Shown: positions 59,672-64,000 of the stretch, one piece after another
Position numbering within the stretch: the stretch's first letter is position 1
Layout: each line of letters opens with the position of its first letter
DNA from: an uncultured Nitrospiraceae bacterium
GTDB taxonomy: Bacteria; Nitrospirota; Thermodesulfovibrionia; Thermodesulfovibrionales; Dissulfurispiraceae
Length of the DNA stretch: 64,000 nt
NCBI GenBank assembly: GCA_963705105.1
Contig: CAVPIW010000006.1
Location: forward strand, 512,001-576,000
Reading direction: 5' to 3'
The notes under the pieces: generated by a model
Told to the model about the DNA's origin: nothing
Seen by the model: only the letters and a program-made list of their open reading frames with translations
The model's database searches: none
Made by a program: the position numbers and the translations under genes

Positions 59672-61824
59672 GATATTGCATAGCCCTGGATGCCATAGAG
59701 CAGTCCGACCGCGACAACGTGGGGGGCAAGGCCTACGCATTGTCCGGTGTCCTCCGCGAGGGGCTCACCATCCCATCAGGCCTCGCGATCACGGCAGCGG
59801 CGTACGATGATTTCGCCAGGATCACGGGACTGCGGGAGCGTATTATGATCGAGCTGGGCCGCAAAGACTTCCGTGCTATGCGGTGGGAGGAGATATGGGA
59901 CGGGGCGCTCAGAATACGGAATCTCTTCGTGACGACGCCCCTTCCACCCGAGATGAGCGCGGCATTGCACGGGGAGTTTCAACCTTTCGGAGATGGGCGG
60001 CCTGTCGTCATTCGCTCCTCTGCCCCCGGTGAGGACTCGGCGGAGCGGTCTTTTGCCGGTCTGCACGAATCCTATGTGGGCATCGCCGGCATTGCAGCCA
60101 TCATCGACCACGTGAAGCTCGTCTGGGCGTCCCTCTGGTCCGACCGGGCCCTTCTGTACCGTCGGGAACTGGGCCTCGATCCCTTCAGGAGCCGCATGGC
60201 CGTTGTGATCCAGGCGCTTGTCGAGGGGGAGGTGTCGGGCATCGCTTTCGGCAAACATCCTGCGAACCCGTCGCACCGGGTCGTCGAGGCGGTCTCGGGT
60301 CTCAACCAGGCGCTCGTGGACGGCTCCATTACGCCGGACCGCTGGACCGTCGACCGGATGACCAACAGGATCATCGCATACGAGGCAGGCGATCGCGGGC
60401 GCCGCATGATCATGACTGCCGGAGGACCCGTTTTTGAAGAAACCGGTGACAGCCAGGGGATGGCACCCCTGTTGACGGAGGAAGCCGTATCAGCCGTTAC
60501 ATCGGCAAACGCCCGTCTGGAAGAGCTTTTCAAGAGCCCCCAGGACGTGGAATGGACGATGACAGGCACGCGGCTCGTCATACTCCAGTCCCGGCCCATC
60601 ACCACATCCTCCGCCGGCAGTGACGATCAAAGGCCATGGTACCTGAGCCTTACCCGCAGTTTCGGGAATCTCAGGACCCTGCGCCGGAAGATCGAGGACG
60701 ATCTCATTCCCCGGATGATCGCCGAAGCGGACGATATGGCTGCCAGGGATCTCTCCGCCTGTGATGAAAAAGCCCTCGCGGCGGAGGTGCTCCACCGCGC
60801 CCTCCGCTACAGCGCCTGGGTCGATACCTATTGGGCCGATTTCATTCCCTATGCCCACGGCGTCCGCCTTTTCGGGATGATCTACAATGACGCCGTGAGG
60901 CCCGACGATCCCTTCGAGTTTACGGCACTGCTTGCCGAAAACGACCTCGAATCGGTCCGGCGGAATGACCTCATCGAAGACATGGCTGAGATGGTGCGCC
61001 GCGATCCCGTGCTCCGTTCGGCACTGCGCGACGGCGTCTTTGCCGACGAGACGTTCAACGGACTGCTCGAAACGTTCATCGGGGCCTTCGGCGATCTTGC
61101 CTGCGGTGCTGAGGCCTGTGTGAGCGGCAGGCAAGCCGTGGCGGGCATCGTCATCGAGACGGCTGCGAGGCCGCGCGCCGCCCGCGCCGGGTCATCTTAT
61201 CCGATACTACGGGAACGATTCCTCTCACGCTTTGATGCCGGGCGCCGTGACTTCGCCGAGGAAGTGCTTGCGCTGGGCCGGTCGAGCTACAGCCTCAGGG
61301 ATAATGACAACCTCTATCTCGGGAGAATCAAGATGCAGTTCATCAGGGCACTCGAGACCTTTCAGGACCGCTTCGGCTCCATCGACGGCCTGAAAGGGGA
61401 ACACCCTGAAATCGCCCGCGCCGTCGGGATGCTGCCGGACGACCATCCTCTCAGGCCGGCGACAACCGCCGGCGCACTCACGACGGACAAATTTGTCACC
61501 AGGGCGCGCCAGCTCACCGGCCAGCCTGCCGGACCCGGCATCGCCCGCGGAACCGCCCGGGTCATCATCAATCACGGTGATCTTTTCACCTTCAAAGCCG
61601 GGGAGATCCTGGTCTGTGACAGCATCGACCCAACCATGACTTTCGTCATCCCCCTCGCGGCAGCCGTCGTCGAGCGCCGGGGAGGCATGCTCATCCACGG
61701 CGCCATCATCGCCCGCGAGTACGGGCTTCCCTGTGTGACGGGCATCCAGGACGCCACCCTTTTCATAAAAACCGGCGATACCGTGACAGTCGACGGATAC
61801 CTCGGGATCGTCACCATGGACTGA
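59668..61824 (+). CDS. PEP-utilising phosphotransferase (PPDK-N ATP-grasp + swivel His domain; rifamycin-phosphotransferase-like architecture)
   Basis: VGGKA, RSSAPGED...SFAG, QDVEW, LQSRPIT, GGMLIHGAIIAREYGLPCV. Confidence 0.85.
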   Translation: MRYCIALDAIEQSDRDNVGGKAYALSGVLREGLTIPSGLAITAAAYDDFARITGLRERIMIELGRKDFRAMRWEEIWDGALRIRNLFVTTPLPPEMSAALHGEFQPFGDGRPVVIRSSAPGEDSAERSFAGLHESYVGIAGIAAIIDHVKLVWASLWSDRALLYRRELGLDPFRSRMAVVIQALVEGEVSGIAFGKHPANPSHRVVEAVSGLNQALVDGSITPDRWTVDRMTNRIIAYEAGDRGRRMIMTAGGPVFEETGDSQGMAPLLTEEAVSAVTSANARLEELFKSPQDVEWTMTGTRLVILQSRPITTSSAGSDDQRPWYLSLTRSFGNLRTLRRKIEDDLIPRMIAEADDMAARDLSACDEKALAAEVLHRALRYSAWVDTYWADFIPYAHGVRLFGMIYNDAVRPDDPFEFTALLAENDLESVRRNDLIEDMAEMVRRDPVLRSALRDGVFADETFNGLLETFIGAFGDLACGAEACVSGRQAVAGIVIETAARPRAARAGSSYPILRERFLSRFDAGRRDFAEEVLALGRSSYSLRDNDNLYLGRIKMQFIRALETFQDRFGSIDGLKGEHPEIARAVGMLPDDHPLRPATTAGALTTDKFVTRARQLTGQPAGPGIARGTARVIINHGDLFTFKAGEILVCDSIDPTMTFVIPLAAAVVERRGGMLIHGAIIAREYGLPCVTGIQDATLFIKTGDTVTVDGYLGIVTMD

Positions 61825-61839
61825 CCGGGACCTTCTTTA

Positions 61840-61890
61840 CCTTATCGTTGCAATACACTCCCGGGAAAGGCGGGGTGTATGAGCCGAAAC
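61840..61890 (+). repeat. Partial MITE-like copy H (left arm only)
   Basis: ta|CCTTATCGTTGCAATACACTCCCGGGAAAGGCGGGG. Confidence 0.7.
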
Positions 61891-61982
61891 AGCAGACAAG
61901 AAACAGTAGTCAGTCGTCGGAACAGGGCTGCGAACAGCCGGACGGGAAGGCTGATGTGGTGAAAAGCCTTTCCTCTAAGCTA

Positions 61983-62422
61983 CCTTGTGTATCCCCAGAC
62001 CACGCTTTGCCGTGTCTATTGATACCCTAAGCCCGTCAGGCAGCAGGCGCTGAACAACCTGAGATGACATATTCTTCATATTCCCGACCGGAAAGGCGGG
62101 GTGAATGCGCCGAAAAGCATCGGTGCTGCGAAACCGCTGCCGTCCCGTGAAGAGCATGAAAGCACAACTGTCGACGATACAAAGGATGAAAATGTTTAAA
62201 ATCCAATAATAAATAATCATGCTCGCTATCAGCGAGGCTTTGAGGCGCTTCGCCCCGCCTTTCGGTGCATCTGCCAAAATGGTCCTCATCATGGCATTGG
62301 AAAGGCTTTGACCCCTATCAGCCTTCCCGGAGACAGCGGTCGTGACACCGACACTGACACTGACACTCACACTGTCACTGTTTTTCAGAGCGCTTCGCAC
62401 CGCCTTTTCACGCAACTGCAAG
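61983..62422 (+). repeat. Long composite MITE-like copy I
   Basis: ta|CCTTGTG ... CGCCTTTTCACGCAACTGCAAG. Confidence 0.82.
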
Positions 62423-62465
62423 ACCCCGTTCACAAAAATTTCCAGCCTCGTGTATACTATGAGCC

Positions 62466-63383
62466 ATGAAAAAAGTCGGCTTCCTCTACGATGACATATT
62501 TCTGAAGCACGAGACCCCCATGGGTCACCCGGAGAACAAGGAGCGTCTCGTCCATATCCTTCATGTCCTCAGGGAATCGGGCCTATGGGATAAGCTTGTC
62601 CATATCAAACCCCGCAAGGCGTCCTTCGACGACATCGCCCTCGTTCACGAGTCGCGGTACATCGAGCGGGTGCAAAAATTCGGCACGGGATATCTCGACC
62701 CCGACACCTACGTTTCGAAAGACAGTGTCGAGGCGGCGCTCTATGCTGCAGGAGCCGTCATGGAGGCGATCGAGAAATGCAAGTCCGGTGAGATCGACCG
62801 GGCCTTCTGCGCCGTGAGACCGCCGGGTCACCACGCCGAATCCCACCGGGGCATGGGGTTCTGCATCTTCAATAATGTCGCTGTCGGCGCCCGGCATGCC
62901 CAGAAGATCGGATACGAGAAGATCTTCGTCATCGACTTCGACGTCCACCACGGCAACGGGACCCAGCACCTCTTCGAGGAGGACGACAGCGTGTTCTATT
63001 TCAGCTCCCACCAGTATCCCCACTATCCCGGAACGGGCTCCGCATCGGAGACGGGACGGGGCAAGGGAAAGGGAAACACGTACAATGTTCCCCTCCACTG
63101 GGGAGCCGACGATGACGATTTCATCAAGATTTACGGGACTATCGTGCCTGAGCTGGTCGACTCGTTCAAGCCCGATCTGCTCCTCGTCTCATCGGGTTAT
63201 GACATCAGGAAGGAAGACCCCCTTGCGGGAATCCGCGTCACCGGTGAAGGCATAAAGGGCATCGTCTCGGGCATCCTCTCGGCCACATCGAAGCCCGTCA
63301 TCTTCAGCCTCGAAGGCGGATACAATCTGAACGCCCTGGCCGATTCCGTCCGTATCACCCTCCTGGAAATGCTCAGCCACTGA
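62466..63383 (+). CDS. Histone-deacetylase-family (Zn-dependent deacylase) protein
   Basis: [33 protein letters not shown]. Confidence 0.95.
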   Translation: MKKVGFLYDDIFLKHETPMGHPENKERLVHILHVLRESGLWDKLVHIKPRKASFDDIALVHESRYIERVQKFGTGYLDPDTYVSKDSVEAALYAAGAVMEAIEKCKSGEIDRAFCAVRPPGHHAESHRGMGFCIFNNVAVGARHAQKIGYEKIFVIDFDVHHGNGTQHLFEEDDSVFYFSSHQYPHYPGTGSASETGRGKGKGNTYNVPLHWGADDDDFIKIYGTIVPELVDSFKPDLLLVSSGYDIRKEDPLAGIRVTGEGIKGIVSGILSATSKPVIFSLEGGYNLNALADSVRITLLEMLSH

Positions 63384-64000
63384 GCGCCTCAAGAGCGGCC
63401 CGCACCCTCCTCCCGTACTCATCCCTGCAGGTCTGCTCGATCGCGCAGAGTCGTTCGAAGGGCTCCCGGAAGTCCTGCGCCCCCGCCGTAAAAACACCAT
63501 GGCCGTAAACGATGGCGCCCCTGCCCTCCCGCATGGCCGCAGGCACGGTGTGCATGAGACCTGACGGACCGGTCCCGATGTCCCCCGACACGACAGGAAT
63601 GCCGGCGATGCGGTCCCTCATCATGGCCCCGGGAGCTATTGTGCAGACGTCTGGGGAAGAAACCATCGACATGATGACTGCGAACTTCGGATGGCCGTGG
63701 AGTATGGCCCTGCATTGCGTTTCGGCATAGATGTTCCGGTGGGCCGACAGCTCCGACGACGCGGTGATGCCGACCGATGACGACCCGTCGAGCGGCACGG
63801 CGTCGATGCACCCCCCCAGCTCGTCCATGGAGCTCCCGGTCTGGCTGATGAAGATGCTGCCGTCATAGAGATATGAGATGTTGCCGAAGTAGGAATCGAC
63901 AAGGCGGCGGTCCACAACGGCCCTGCCCGCCTCGCAGATCATCGAGATGACGTGGTCCTCGTCAACTGGAGGACCCGGCAGGAGGGATGCCGTCTCCCCG
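63373..64000 (-). CDS. Class II aldolase/adducin-domain protein (5' part outside the window)
   Basis: [23 protein letters not shown]. Confidence 0.8.
   Translation of the reverse strand, partial: GETASLLPGPPVDEDHVISMICEAGRAVVDRRLVDSYFGNISYLYDGSIFISQTGSSMDELGGCIDAVPLDGSSSVGITASSELSAHRNIYAETQCRAILHGHPKFAVIMSMVSSPDVCTIAPGAMMRDRIAGIPVVSGDIGTGPSGLMHTVPAAMREGRGAIVYGHGVFTAGAQDFREPFERLCAIEQTCRDEYGRRVRAALEALSG

Overview
This is a bacterial chromosomal window, GC-rich in its housekeeping parts. The gene content looks like Nitrospirota or a deltaproteobacterium, which is an inference. Positions 1-4 kb hold ilvBN, a relE fragment, DUF190-crcB and a universal stress protein. Positions 4.4-24.1 kb hold a minus-strand type III-A CRISPR-Cas locus. 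It has two arrays (20 and 10 repeats, differing at 2 nt), cas6, an unusual cas2-cas1-cas1'-cas2 module, and cas10-csm2-csm3-csm4-csm5 with csm2 split by an intact IS256. It also carries four cOA-related ancillary genes (CARF-HEPN, Card1/Can2, Csx3, and an NE0113-type CARF with a putative winged-helix and Cys4 motif) and an MNT-HEPN pair. The strongest new signal is a 21-bp tandem palindrome, GAAAyrTTTC-W-GAAAyrTTTC, found four times in the locus. It sits at a fixed phase in both leaders and at a fixed phase upstream of the -10 boxes of both cas operons, suggesting a cOA-responsive CRISPR regulon run by the CARF-wHTH protein. Positions 24-40.5 kb are housekeeping: prmA, ychF, tatC/tatB, a Pat-type acetyltransferase, a TPP riboswitch with fused thiS-thiG, thiE, thiC and glyQS. 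Positions 40.6-47.5 kb form a largely AT-rich, decayed integron-cassette-like island with attC remnants, two ORF-less group IIC-attC introns, a second (nonsense-mutated) IS256, TIR/NDT-like defence remnants and hicBA. Positions 47.5-64 kb hold mixed metabolic and envelope genes. Nine full or partial copies of a mosaic, often TA-flanked MITE-like repeat fill intergenic spaces between 25 and 62 kb.
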